Source of the DNA: Chlorokybus atmophyticus
Taxonomy: Eukaryota; Plantae; Mesostigma and Chlorokybus algae
Length of the DNA: 64,000 nt
NCBI GenBank assembly: GCA_009103225.1
Contig: RHPI01002069.1
Span: 2,566,846 to 2,630,845, forward strand
Direction: 5' to 3'
A program made the position numbers and the translations under genes. Positions 26,192 through 39,171 of this stretch are shown piece by piece. The notes beneath the pieces are model-generated. The model did not search any database. It was not told the origin of the DNA and worked only from the letters and a program-made list of their open reading frames with translations. Positions within the stretch are counted from its first letter, which is position 1. Each line of letters opens with the position of its first letter.

Positions 26192-26822
26192 GCTGCCTAC
26201 CTGCCTGCCTGCCACCCGCGCTCCTCGCTTGGCAATGCAGACCGCAGCTTGCAGCGCCACTGCTGGTCCCTAAGCAAGCTGTGAGCTAAACGCTTTGCTT
26301 GCTGCTACCACCGACCACAACCACGCGCGGGTGTGAAGAATCTCGCCTGAGGCATGCACGGCTGTATTTGTATTGTGCTGCTATGGTTTAAAACCATGCA
26401 GCCAGCAAGCCAGCTCACATTCTTCAAACAAAGAGGTCATGCATGTAGCTTAACTATGGTGAGTTACCATGCATCTCCATCCGTGCAAAGTCGAAATGTC
26501 ATGAATTCCTGAATAGTTATTCTGTGTATTCGTATACGCCAATGTGGCGTCACGCACTAGGTAACATGTGTCGTGGCATCCTGTCGCTATCACTGATTGG
26601 ACAGTGTGCTGATTTGCGAAGGGAGGCCAGCCTGGACGGTCCAGATGGGACCTGCGCCGTGCTGATTGGCACGTGCCATAACAAGGGCAGCCTGGCTGAA
26701 CCAGGTGAGTCCGTGACCTACCTGTCCTCTGGATGATGTGGCGCATTCAAGCACCACAAGGTGGCTTTTGCTCGTTGAGGTCGAGGCACGGCAGCTCACC
26801 GAAGATGCTGGAGGATGAGTTA

Positions 26823-27280
26823 CAGTTTACCCCCGTTATCACAATCACGTTCATCCTTCAACTTTTCATTTCATTTAGGGGGTTATTCTCTTGGCGCTTG
26901 CGAAAATATCTATTCTTTGATGATTTAAAGAGTATGTATGCTATTGATAAAGATAGAATAACCCTATGCCACGTCAGTACATGCTGACGTGGCGTTATTG
27001 TTATTTTGTATTGCACATTAATACATGGATCCAATGTCAAAATCGGTGGTGTTCCATAATGAATGTATCTTTATAACGATGCAATGGTCATGCTAGTAAC
27101 GAGGTATTCCCCCATTGCAAAATTGAGCCCACTCAAGATGTCAAGTTTCCTTTATAGTCTTATTGCGTGTAAAACTATCTCGCTGACCAATAACATTCAT
27201 CTGTAAAACAATCGACCTTTAGAGTATAATCTTAACGGGGGTATTCCTTTAAAACGAGCTCATTAAACGGGGGTACACTA
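26823..27280. mobile_element. Tc1/mariner-type MITE (family 2)
   Basis: TA|CAGTTTACCCCCGTT ... AACGGGGGTACACTA|TA; internally homologous to 29313-29818. Confidence 0.7.
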
Positions 27281-27559
27281 TATCATGATATCAATGTATA
27301 TGAATACATATAAATATGTATATAAATATATATATGTATATATAAATATATATATGTGTATACATGTATATATGGACCATAGCCGATAACCGATGTACAG
27401 TCCAACCTCCTTGTAGTCACGATCGATCCAAGCACATTTTATTGCGAGAATTGACATCCCTTTGGCAAATCACTCCCCTATCATACTCATTATAAGCTCC
27501 CGTAATTGCCTTTTGTGATTATAAAAGGGTGACAGAGTTAAACTCATTGCATTGTTTAT

Positions 27560-28150
27560 ACGTGTATTGTTGTATACACACATTTGTACATACATATATG
27601 TACATCATGTACATATATGTACATGATGTACAACATATAAGCGATGTGCACAAATATGCATATACAAACATAAGTCTTACTTTGTGCGTGTGTTTTACTT
27701 GCTGCTAAATAGAGAGGGTGCGCTGCTTTACTGCGCCTTATTAATACAATATTATATATGTACATTTATAAATACTTACATCCATGTACATTGTATTTGT
27801 ATTAATATATGAACACATATATATAGCTATATCATATTGTATGCTACGTATGTGTATGCATATACATATACATATGTATATGTGTGTGCATATATACAGA
27901 TAGATAGATGGATAGACAAATACATAGATAGATGGACATATGTATAAGTGTGCATATAGATATGTAAATGCATATGTGTATATATATCAATAGCAATAAA
28001 GGTGCGTAAAAATACCAATATAAACGCATACATACAATAAGTTATATATATATGTATATATATGTATATGTACATGCATAAAAATATATACATATATGTA
28101 AGTATTAATATATATACTTATAAAAGTGCACACACGTATGTGTGTATGTG
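27560..28150. repeat. AT-rich low-complexity (TA/TACA/ATAG)n region
   Basis: Degenerate TATATGTA/ATAGAT runs. Confidence 0.8.
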
Positions 28151-28299
28151 TGTAAAATTTGCTTGATTTAAGAAGAGGATGTGCTTAAAGCGGTAAACTT
28201 GCAGCAACCACAAGGTGCTTACTTTGAAGGTGTCACACCTCGCCGCTATGAGTGGATCTGGTGTAACTAGCGGTGCGGCTGATTGGGCGTGTGGTTGGG

Positions 28300-28720
28300 C
28301 CGGCCGGCATTAGGGCACAAGACACATCACACGCGCACCACGCAGGACGGCCCAGTGACAAACGGCACCCGCGACTGCCGGGCTGCGCGGTATGCGCGGC
28401 CCGCCTGCCTCTCATTGCCTAGGCGGGAATAATTAGCTATCGGCCGTTCGATCTACCAATATAAATCTCGACCGTCCAAAGCTCATCCCCATGTCATGCA
28501 ACTGCTCAAAATGGGGAGGCCGGCATTAGGGCACAAAGACACATCACGCGCACTGAGGGCCATCACACACGGCAGCCGAGACTACATGCCTGCCGCGCAT
28601 ACCGAGCAGCCCTCCTGCCTCTCATTGGCTATGCGACGTTTATCAGCTATCGGCCATTCGATTTGAGTTAAACAAATCTCAACCTTCCAAAGCACATCCC
28701 CATATCGTGCAATTGCTCAA
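28300..28720 (+). repeat. ~200-bp unit in two tandem copies, with a third copy at ~29955-30140
   Basis: GGCCGGCATTAGGGCACAA..GACACATCAC..CCCGCCTGCCTCTCATTG..AGCTATCGGCC..CCAAAGC.CATCCCCAT recurs at ~28311 and ~28519; a diverged copy lies at ~29960. Confidence 0.75.
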
Positions 28721-28796
28721 AGTATGCGAATGAATAAAAGAAATACATTTTGAGCACAACATGCACGGTGCACATATGCGTCATGTGTGCGTTATA

Positions 28797-29262
28797 CAGT
28801 CCACCCCCGCTAAAAGACTTTGCTCCAGGAAAATAACCCCGCTTGTAGCATACGTTTTGAGATCACCGACGATGCTACAGGCAAATGTTAGTGCTTCAGA
28901 GAATATGACTAACCGCGAAGAGCATATTATTTTTCATGACATTTTTGCAAATGTAAGTGCATATTCTTAATATTGAGGGAGTAGCGCGTGACGGGTTTGT
29001 CATCAGGCGTAATGAGTGTGATGGACAAGGCGTAATGGGATACAGTGCAACACGTAATCAGCGTAATGAGCGTGATGGCATAATAGACGTGACGTAATGC
29101 GCGTGATGTAATGGGCGTGATGGGCGTATTAAACTGCTTTATAGCATACAAATGCTCTTAATGTTTAAGAGCATATTACGCTATTTATCGCAAAGAGCAT
29201 AACCCCGCCAGGAGCAAATTATCTTTAAAAATAAACAGTATGCTATTAAAAGTAGTAGACTG
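28797..29262. mobile_element. Tc1/mariner-type MITE (family 1)
   Basis: TA|CAGTCCACCCCCGCTAAAAGAC ... GTAGACTG|TA. Homologous to 53547 onward, and its right end matches 29821-29950 in inverted orientation. Confidence 0.65.
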
Positions 29263-29312
29263 TACAATAAATGTTTCAATGTAATTAGGTACAACCATGT
29301 ACCTTAACTGTA

Positions 29313-29818
29313 CAGTCTACCTCCGCTATACAATTCACGTGTATCTTTCAACTTTCATTCCTTGAACGGGGTTATTTTCTTGGCGTTTACAATAATATAC
29401 ACTATTTTATTTTTTACATAATACATATTTTACCAACAGGGCATTGCGAAATAACCGTAAGCCACGTTATTATATTGTAACGTGGCATAAATTAAATCAA
29501 CAATAGTCAACAATAAATTGATTACCAATGGTATGTACGTAACTATGTATCAATCTATATATGAGTCTACGTAACTATATATGAGTTTTTTACCATGTTT
29601 ATGCTTTTAATATTAAAATAAACATGCCATTAACGAGGTATTCCCCCGTAACTAGACTGAGCTCACTCAAAAGATTAACCCTCCGTTGTAGTCTTGTTGC
29701 GTACAAAACTATTCCACTTACCGATGATATATGCCTGTAAAACCATTGGTCTTTTGCAAATCTATGATCTCAACGGGGTTAATCGCATACACCGAAGTCT
29801 TTTAACGGGGGTAGACTA
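29313..29818. mobile_element. Tc1/mariner-type MITE (family 2), followed head-to-head by an inverted family-1 end (29821-29950)
   Basis: TA|CAGTCTACCTCCGCT ... AACGGGGGTAGACTA|TA. Confidence 0.7.
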
Positions 29819-31879
29819 TATAGTCTACCCATTTGTAAGAGCATACTATTATCCTCAAAAATCGTATGCTTTTGGCAGGGTTATGCTCTTGAACGTTAAG
29901 AGCATATATATGCTATAAGCGCAGATTCATTACGCCCATCACGCCTATTGGTCGGGCCGGCCGGCCTGTCGGCATTCAACCTCACACATCCCGCGCTAGG
30001 GCCATCACACGGCACCCGCGACTGCAGGGCTGCGCGGCAGTATGTGCGGCCCGCCTGCTTCTCATTGGCTAGGCGGCGAGAACAGGCGTTACACCGTTAG
30101 ATCTGCTCAAACACGATCCTGGCCATCCAAGGCACATCCAATTGTTTAAGCGCATGCCAATAAATGTAAAATTACGCACAGTTCTGCATACATGGCCGCT
30201 TATGGCTGCATATTGATCATTTTAATGTGTTACATTAATAATAAATATGCTGCAATATGGTGCAATATGGTGCAACATGGTGCGATATGATTAGCAAATG
30301 CTGTTAAGTGTTTTAAAATTAAATAATCAATGCAACGTTCACGCCACGGTACGTGCTGCAATATTCAGTTAATAATACCGAGGTTACGACCATTAAAATA
30401 ATGCTAACCTGAATTACCTTAACGTTAAGATTCAACTAAACGAAAAATTGCATCGTTAGGCCACCATTTGGTCACGCATGAATTTGATCAAATGGGAGCG
30501 CAACAGTGACAACAGCCAGTTGCTCAAAAATGCAGCGAAATGGCCAATTGTTGCAAAGATGCGTAAAACATGCTGAAACATATCTCAGCGGCAACCGCTT
30601 ACCAACGGCGACCCAAAATTGCTAGGGATTTGATGCAAATTGTGGCACAGTTAGTGGTTAAAACGGCCGCGTTTTTTGCGGTACGAGGTCGGGGCAGGCC
30701 CTATACCCCAAAGACATGCCGCCACTACTCACCCTTGTTCTAACTAATCCACTCTACCCTTTAACGCTAATTGATTACACGCTATAGTTACTGCGTCATC
30801 AAACATGGTCAACAGCCGAATTACAGCCTCCTGTTATAACAGGAAGGTAAGTTTGAATTACTACAAATCGACCATAAAAGCACCGGGTCTTTAGCACCTG
30901 CGACCTATCAATTGTTACATCGCCATGCGTCTGCTGCAATCTCGAGCAGCAGCCGGCAGAAGCAAAAGACCTATGGCTTTCTCGCTGTCATGGTCGAATG
31001 GGCTGGGCTGTGAAATTGGTCATCGAATCGCGCGGTCGTTAGGGTAAATCGCCCCAACTTCGTAACCTAACCTATTTTCGTAAGACCTAGAACACAGGCG
31101 CTGTAGGGCGCAGCTGTGCTCTGATTGGCTTGAAACTTATAGGGTAGGTACTAGGCACTTGTAGGCTTCTGTTGAGCCAAGAATCTCTGAAAACGGACAA
31201 GTGTGGCGGTCTATGCAAATATTTGAACAGCTGGTCTATGAGACATAATCTAGTGTACATGATGCTGTAGCTTTGTTTGATCATAACTTCGGCGTTTGTT
31301 GGTAAAACAGGATGAAATAAAGCGCAACTGCATTCTCTAGTAATGCTTGATTTATTTCCCAAGTTTCATTTCAATTGACGCGGTATTGCAAAAGTTACAT
31401 GGTTAAGGATAGGGGGGGTTATCGCGTAACGTTTTGAGTAAAGTGTAAAAGTAGGATAGGGTGGCTGTTAGCTTTGAAATTTGGCTTGGCGCCTCGTTCT
31501 AACGTGCTAAGCTGATTCAAATGTGCTGGGATAGCTGCTAGGCCATTGTTGATACTAGAGATGGTGTGCTGAGTGCGGGTGGGAGGGGTAGAAGTCCGCA
31601 TATCACTTATTGTGTGCTCGTGTTGTTGCATTTGCAAGTGCGCGCATGCAAGTGTGTTGATTGTGAGTGGCAAAGAGGCATACACAGTGTGTTGCAAGGT
31701 TTGCTTAAGGGTACAAGTCCTGCCTATCTCTGACTCTACGACTATACCACCCAAGCATAGTACTACCTGCGAACCTGTAGGAGAGCACGGGTGGGTGATG
31801 TATGCTTTTGCACGGCATCATCGTCCATGTGGCATCGATCCCACTTAGACCACCCATGTATCTTATGTTGCTCGTGTGT

Positions 31880-32350
31880 ACAGGGCAGCAAGCGCGTGAG
31901 AGCTAAGACCCCACGCAGCAAAGGACCTCGGGGCAGCTACATGAGGCATCAGGACAACTTGGAACACATAGCCCGCGTTGTCGGTGCTGTGCATCGTGGG
32001 TGCATGACTGTGGGTGAAGCAACTGCAGAGCTGGACATCCCATACACAACTCTGCGTGACCACTGCAAGTGCCCTAAGAAGCTTTAAAAACCAAGGTTAG
32101 CATGCTTTGCACCTGCACCTGCAAATGCACTGTGTTAGCAATGCAAGTGTTGGCACGTGTGCAACTGAGCTGATGCTGACGTCAACTGCATGCAGAGGCC
32201 CAGGTGCACCAACTCTGTTGACTTATGAAGAGGAGTTGGACCTGGCTGAGTACGTGCAAGCAAGGAACCAAGTTGGACGTGCTATGGCATGGGCAGAGAT
32301 ATGCCTTGAGGTTGGCAAACGCCTTGCCAAGGACCCTCGAGGACTGCAAT
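31880..32350 (+). pseudogene. N-terminal exons of the split pogo transposase (HTH-psq, CENP-B HTH)
   Basis: GCMTVGEATAELDIPYTTLRDH and GAPTLLTYEEELDLAEYV..EVGKRLAKDPRGLQ align with GCMTAREAAREVGLAESTMKDY and GKQLANDPKSKQ of element 1. Confidence 0.85.
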
Positions 32351-32765
32351 CACATGGCGCCTGCAGAAGAATCCGTTTTCGTTCGGCACAAGCCAGTTGT
32401 GCCGTCAGCGGCACCTGCCTTCGAGTTTTGCGAGCAGTTCTGCTCCCAAGTCGGCACAAATTGCTTTGTGCCGGCAGAGGATCGTAAGTCACCATCTGTC
32501 AGCCGGTACAAGCTGGTTACCGCCGCTGACGGGGAAATTGCGTTGGGCCGACCTCGGTACAGCAGTATTTCTACTATCTTCGGCACAGCAACGCTTCTAC
32601 CGTTTTCGGCACAGTAGCACTACTGCCGACTTTGGCACAGCAGCGCTTTTGTCGACTTCGGCACAGCAGCAGTTTTGCCGTTTACGGCACATAAATAGAT
32701 GTGCCAACTTCGGCGCAGCAGCAGTCGTACCGCTGACGGCACAGCGCCTGGTGTGCCGACCTCGG
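32351..32765. repeat. Left subterminal CGGCACA/TGTGCCG repeat array of the CACTA-like element
   Basis: More than 10 motif copies in both orientations. Confidence 0.85.
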
Positions 32766-33019
32766 TGAACCAGCTGTCATGCCGATAACGGCCCAGCCAT
32801 CTCTATTCCACAATTTGCAGCACAATATAGCAGGCATATGCAGGCAATTTTTCTGGCAGAGAAATTTTAACCTCATATCTTGTACCATGTACTCTTAACT
32901 ACTACGAGAATAGGCTCCAATTGTTTGCAAGAAGCTAACTGCTACCAGGAATCTAAAATGCTGGTAGCAAGCTAAACTGCTAGCAAGAAGTTGGATTTTA
33001 ACTCCAGCTGGGTACCCCA

Positions 33020-35444
33020 TTATGGACCGGGTTGCCGCTTGGCTTGACTATTCCAGTGCCAGCCATAGCGTGCTTCTCCGGAGTCATCCTGTACCAGCCA
33101 GCGCTTGTTTACTGCAAATGTAACAAGCATGAGACCGATCTGCGAGTCAATGAACTTTGCAAGCAGATGGTCGTCCTTCGGCAGCCTCCCAATCTGCGTC
33201 CCGTATGTGCCCCTTTAGGAAGTGTACACCTCCAGCAAGCTCTTGCGGTTGGGAACATTGGCGCACAAGGTATTGCAGCGGATGCCAGCCAAGTGCATGA
33301 GGTGGTCAGAGCAACGATTGATCTGCAAGCAAGAATTGTTACAAGTGTGCATCATGCAAGCATGCTGCACACATTACAACCCACAGCAACGTTCTTACCC
33401 TCTGATTGATGTCATGCTGGTCTTCTGGCTGCACGCACTTGTCAACCACGAGCACGCGAACGCATCTGAGGGTAACTTCTGCAATGCAGTCGCCTAGAGA
33501 GCAGTCTGAGCAAGGGCAGACTGCAGACGGGGCTACAAAGGATCCAGGCCAAGCACAACTGCGTCCCTGCATCATTCATTCAAGCAGCCGCATTCATCAC
33601 ACATATAGTCTTCCGTGCAGTTACGCTTTGCAGTGTGCTGTGCCGCAAAACATGATCTACTACGCTCACCAAGATATTGCTGCACAAGTGCTCTTCACGG
33701 GTCAGCTGGCCAGCATACCCGTCCGCGTCACGTACTGGCATGTAGACGCGTCAATCACCGATGCCCTTGGCGTTGTACCACTCCAGCACCTTCACTTTGT
33801 AGCTGCGCCAAGGCGTCTCTTGCTCAAGCACCTCCAGTACTTGACCGCGCCCAACAGCCACAACCCTGCGGGTGCTGCTGCTGCTGCTGCTGCTTGCAGC
33901 ATCTCCTGCAGGTCTGCAGTACCAGCCGCATTTGAATTCCTTACGAGTGCGGGTGCAAACCAAGCCTTGTGCAAGAGGATAAATGGCGCACCTGAAAGCC
34001 ACCCAGTCCTCACGCAGCTGCGCTTGAGAAGGCGGCTCAGCAGTCAATAAGGCAAGCAGCACAGCATTTTGGCTGGAGGGAAAGTCTGCAACGCGGAAGT
34101 TTTGGCCAAGCCCGTAGTCTGTGCGCGAGCGGCGTGGAGCTGGCTCCTCTGCATCAGCGCGTTTCTTAGCGCGTGCGGCGCGCATCTTCTCCTTGCGCTG
34201 CTCACGGGTCAAGCCTACCGTTTCGCCTGGCGTTATTGGATGGCCCCGGCTTGCATTGTCCACAAACCGGCGGATTTGCTCGCGAATCCATTCTGCAAAC
34301 AAGAGGCAGTGAGCAGCCATTCTGCAAGAAGCACAAGACATCTGGCAGGTGGCAGCTGGTATATACACGCACATGCACATACGCAGACGCATACTACTTA
34401 CTTGCAGGCCAACGCAATATCTGTCCATTGATCTCCAGCGGAGTGTGATTCTGCATTACATCCGCCACCACCTCCTCCCTCATGTCATAATCTGGGCCGG
34501 CCCAATTGAAGCTCCTGCCAACACAGTGGTCTGGGAACTTGACCCACAGCTTCTCCTTTAGAAGCTTGCGGTTGTCCTCCTGTATTCTCCACTGTGTCTC
34601 GTCCTTCTTCTTCAAGTAAGCTTGCCCATTTTGCTCTAGTCCCCTAGGCTTGACAGCGACAGGGGCAAAGCACTTTTCCTCCAGCTTTGCCTTCTTGACT
34701 GCCTCTGACTCCTCTTCGCAGTTAACTTCATCAACAGCTCCTGTGCACAAGGCCAACAGTCAGCGCATGGCACTTGCAAAAGAGAGCAAAGCAAGCAGAG
34801 CTTCAGCCAAGCTACAGCTTCAGCTATGTTGCAGTCGCGGCTTGACTAACGCTGTTGCTTGACTGAAGCTGCAGACCGAAGCATACAAAATGCAGCAAAG
34901 CAAGTAGAGCTTCACCCAACCTACCACTTCAGCTAAACTGCAGCTGCGGCTCGGCCGAGGCTCTGCTTGGCAGAAAGCCAATTTGCAGCTTTTACTCAAG
35001 CTGCAGCTTCAACCAAGCCGCAGGTTCAATCGAGTTGTAGCTTCAGCTTGACTGAAGCTGCAGTTCAAAGCATACCAATGAGCAAGCAGAGCTTCAACTG
35101 AAGGAGCAATTAAGTTGCACCAGCAGCTTGGCAGCAGACCAGATGAAAGCAAGCACACCTGTGTCCCCAGGTTGTGCTCCCGCCTCGTCCTGCTCCTCTT
35201 CATCCTCAGCTTGCAACTTCGGCTCATCCATGTTTAACTTCTGCACGTCTTCAAGGATCCGCGAAGCACTGCTCAGCCTAGGTGTGATCTGTGCAAGAGT
35301 TTCTGTTAAGAGGCTGTAGTAAGCTTCTCCATCTATCTCTTCCGCCTTGAACTTCTCCGATATTGCTTGTGCACTTGGAACCCCTCTCAACAATTTAGCT
35401 ACCCGTTTTGAAATAAGCTCTACGCTCATCCTGTACACTGACAT
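33020..35444 (-). pseudogene. CACTA accessory (TnpA-like?) multi-exon gene with an N-terminal SAM-like domain; premature stops
   Basis: Exon 1 reads VAKLLRGVPSAQAISEKFKAEEIDGEAYYSLLTETLAQI (SAM-like F..EEIDG..L). Then NWAGPDYDMREEVVADVM..LRW|WIREQIRRFVDN, VAVGRGQVLEV..YKVKVLEW, and a final exon HLAGIRCNTLC..RWLVQDDSGEARYGWHWNSQAKRQPGP*. Internal TGA and TAA stops. Confidence 0.55.
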
Positions 35445-35680
35445 TGTGCTTGAGAGCAGCACACAACCTTGCAGCTTGATAGCAGCTAAAAGCGGCTTCC
35501 TAGCAGCACCGCAACCTAGCAAGCAGGCCCGGACGCCAAGACGCAAAACAGTCAACCACCGATTTTACTGCCGCCACCACCTTCGCTACCGCCACCTCCG
35601 CCGCCGCCACCGCCGCTGAAGCACTGCGGACAGCTGTGCTTCTTCGGAGTCTTACTGCGCAGAAGTCAGCTGCGTACAAG

Positions 35681-35716
35681 TTAGAGTTAGGGTTAGGGCT
35701 AGGGTTAGGGCTAGGG
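35681..35716 (+). repeat. Interstitial telomere-like hexamers (TTAGAG TTAGGG TTAGGG CTAGGG TTAGGG CTAGGG)
   Basis: Six units read directly, lying between divergent genes inside the CACTA element. Confidence 0.85.
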
Positions 35717-35849
35717 ACTCCTGAGTATTAATAGTAATAATAGCCTCTACACAGGACATACAACGGCTATTCCTCTGTGTGGCGGCGGCGTGCTTGGTGG
35801 CCTCGGTTGTGAAGCGTTGAGCTGTTGCAGCGTATTGAGCATAGCAAGC

Positions 35850-38800
35850 ATGAAGGGCAAGGCAGAGGCTAGTGCATACTGGCAGTCTGGTGCAAAGCAG
35901 CCTTATCGCTGCAAATATTGACAAGTCTTGTTGCAGAGGTCCGTTGCTAGCAAGGTCAAGCAGCACATTGACTCCCTCACCTGCACCAAGATTCGTGTGG
36001 GTCCTGAACAGTTTGAGAAACTGCCAGGAGCAACGCCTAAAAGGAAGCTCCCTCACGGCTCCGAGTTGCAGCTGCTCACCGACCAAGTTTTGCAACAGAT
36101 AAAGGTGAGCTTGAATCATGCTATCATAGTTGCATTTTTGCATGTTTTATTGTCTGTGTCCAAGCTGCTATCTAAATGTATGCTGCTGCTGTATGTACAC
36201 TGCTGCTAGCTGTATGTATCTCTGTCTGTGTATGCATCTCTGTTTATGTATCTTTTGTTGAAGGTATTACATGGGTGATGCTTGTATCCGGTCAGCTTGC
36301 CCTTCATACAGGAGTCGAGGGTCGAAGGTACCAGGAAGAAGCGCGTGGACTCCAGACTTAGCAAGACGGTCGAGTCATGACGGACTCCGGACCAGGCTGC
36401 TTGGTAGAGCCTTGGGAGAAATCGCGTAGCTTCGTGGATACGTAAGCTTAGCAAGCGTGGCTTAGCTTGTTGAGAAGCTCTGGTTGTAAGCTAGACAGCG
36501 TAGCTTACAGAACAGCAATCGGCTGAGTATAGCGCACGCGGTGCTTGCCAATGTAGACGTGTGTAGAGACTGGCGGGGTATAAAGCCCAGACTTGTTGCA
36601 ATGAAGATAAGAGGTCACGATGTAGCATGTGTGCGGATGCTATGGCGGCAGTAGCAGTCATGCTCTTGTGTTGATGTTGTGATGGCGTGTCACTTGCACG
36701 TGTGTATGTCAACATCTTTAAAGCTGAAGCAACTACCCATACAGGACGGTGAACACTTGGCAAAGCTGGAAGATTGGGGACCTAGCGGCCCCCAGAAGGT
36801 TGGAAGCTGGAGAAGACTTCAACCGGGCACAAGTGGGTGTACACGCATCCTCCCAATCTAGCTGCACCAGAGCAGAAGGACAAGGGGAAGGAGGAGGAGC
36901 ACGAGGAGGAGCATGAGGTGTCGGATGAGGAGGAATTAGAGGAGGAGGAACCACCAGCAGCTGAGACCCCAGCAAAAAAGCCAAGACATGCATCATCCTC
37001 CAAGAAGAACGGCCAGCCTTCAGTTCCACAAACGCCAGCAAAGTTTGCCAAAGCAACGCGGTCTGGAAGTGTAAGCGAGCAGCTACATGCAGCCAAGCTT
37101 ATGGATGTAGGGTTTGACGGTTGCACACTGACTGACTGAATGCGTCTGCCCTGCAGCCGCATGTCAAGCCCACAACCGGCACACCCTACCTGATGGTGCT
37201 GGCCACTGAGGAGCTTGGCGACAACTTGAACGAGGTAAGTCCACAACCTGGTCTTGATTGCTTCAGTTTGCGCTTCATTGGTGCACATCTACAAATGGCA
37301 CAGGCTGTCAAGAAGATGTCTTTAGTGTCTAAACGCGTGGAGAGAATGCTAGACCTTGCAGCTGAGGAAAAACAAAGCTTGCATCAATTGTGGAACACCA
37401 TCAAAATGGAGAGATCACACTAGCTGACTGTTCTTGACAACATAAATTCTTTTCGTGAAATCGTAAAGACTGAACGAAAACATCTAGACTTGGACAAGGT
37501 CTTTAGTGTGTTTTCTATTTGTGCATTCTGCAGGGGATACACTGACTGGTACACTCACCTTGAGTTGAAGTGCTTGCAGGCAGCAGCCAAGGCCCTTCTG
37601 AAAGAAGCTGCCAGGGAGCACAAAAAGCTGCGCACACGCGAAAAGCTGGAGAAAGAGCGCAAGGTGTTGGAGGACAGATTACGCAAACAGGCAAACACTC
37701 CCTCAGCTCCGCTGCGCGAGATCCATAACACCGTAAAGACCAACGAGCAGCACCTCTTGGAGATCAGGCGGATGCTGGCGGGTGGTCGTCAACAAGCTTC
37801 AACAAGTAGCTTCCATTCTCTGCTGGGACCCGAGGCGATGGAGGTGGAGGCGAAGAGCCAGCAGGAGCTGGAGGAGGAGAGGAGGAGGTTGGAGGAGGAG
37901 GCAAAAAGGAAGAGGCAGGAGGAGGAGGAGAGGAAGAAGAAGGCGGAGGAGGAGAGGAAGAAGAAGGAGGAGGAGGAGAGGAAGAGACAGGAGGCGGTCG
38001 CACGGCTATAACAGGAGGCTGCGCGCTTAGGGTTCGTCTTAAAGACACCTTCCTCTACATCAACTGAGTCGGAAGAACAAGCTTCCAGTGACGAGGAAGA
38101 GGAGAAAGAACAAGCTCCCGCTCCCGCTGCCACGACAGCTCCTGCTCGTAAGTTTTTATGAGTGAATGTGTGAGACTGCAGGAGAGGCTGTAGGAGAGAC
38201 TGAGCTTGTTTATGTGTGTTAGCAAGAGAAAGAATTCGAATTCCAAGATTACACGGAGGGTAGGTCCGGTAAGATTAACTCAGATGGAGATTACGTGCTT
38301 TGTGAGGTTGTGAAAGCTGATCGGTTGCTGTGGTTGCAAAAGCCGGCGAGGAGGAGGAGCATGAGGAGCAGCAGGAGGAGGAGGAGGTGCTGGGGGTTCC
38401 CCCGGGAAACGCATTCCTCGCGCTAGAGGAGTATCTGGCGCAGCAGCAGCAGCAGCAGATAGTGCCAGCACCCCCACAAAACCCAGTTCAAGACATTGAC
38501 CTCATGAGGAATGTCAGATCTGCAACAGAGGTACCAGCAGCGTGTCAGGCAGATCAGGATGTTGCAGGCGTGGTGGAGCAACATGTCGGAGTTAGTCAGG
38601 GAACATGTAGAGGAGCGTGACGGGCAGATTAGGAGGTACAGGGCACAGCTCCAAGAACGAGAGAGAGAGATCAGAGCTTATCGCGTACAGCTCAGTAAGT
38701 TGCAAGTGTCTCCAACCTACGTTGTGCCTCAAGCATTGGAAGCACTTCCAATGCCTTCTGCACCTCTCATTGCTATTCCCGCTCTGCTGCCTCCTCCTCG

Positions 38801-39047
38801 CAGTGGATGTGGCCATACTGGTAGGGGAGCTGGAGGTAGAGGAGCGATGCCTTTACCTGCGATTCCCGAGGATACTACACCTCCAGCCGCTCGTCCTGCT
38901 CTACTGCCTTCTGCTCCACGTGGACATGGGCACAGAGGTAGGGGCTTCTCGCTGGTCATGCATGGATCTTCAGCAGAGTCCACTGGCAGACAAGAAGCTG
39001 AACCTCCAATAGAACGAGGTGGTCCTCCACGCTGCAACACGCACTAG
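35850..39047 (+). pseudogene. Uncharacterised multi-exon cargo gene(s) of the CACTA element: acidic, coiled-coil and Pro-rich
   Basis: ORFs 35928-36209, 36837-37139 (E-rich), 37490-38011 (EEERKKK coiled coil, TAA mid-frame) and 38511-39047 (coiled coil + Pro-rich), with GT-AG junctions. No recognisable catalytic motif. Confidence 0.5.
36256..36714 (+). mobile_element. Solo LTR A (copia-related), 459 bp
   Basis: TGTTG...AACA with 5-bp TSD TCTTT (36251-55, 36715-19). Near-identical to 52097-52557 and shares motifs with the copia LTR. Confidence 0.92.
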
Positions 39048-39171
39048 TTTGGTGATAGTTATGTGTAGGTTGCGTGGCTTAGGATCGACTTACAGTGATG
39101 CTGCTGTACATATATACAAGCCCTTTTTCTGCTTGATACCAGACTGCATGCCAAGGCACAGCTCGCCTTAA

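Noticed and set aside
27827-28093. Y/I/H-rich ORFs
   Set aside because: Products of TA/CA low-complexity repeats.
27397-28200. Possible additional TA|CAGTC MITE starting near 27397
   Set aside because: No convincing right TIR found.
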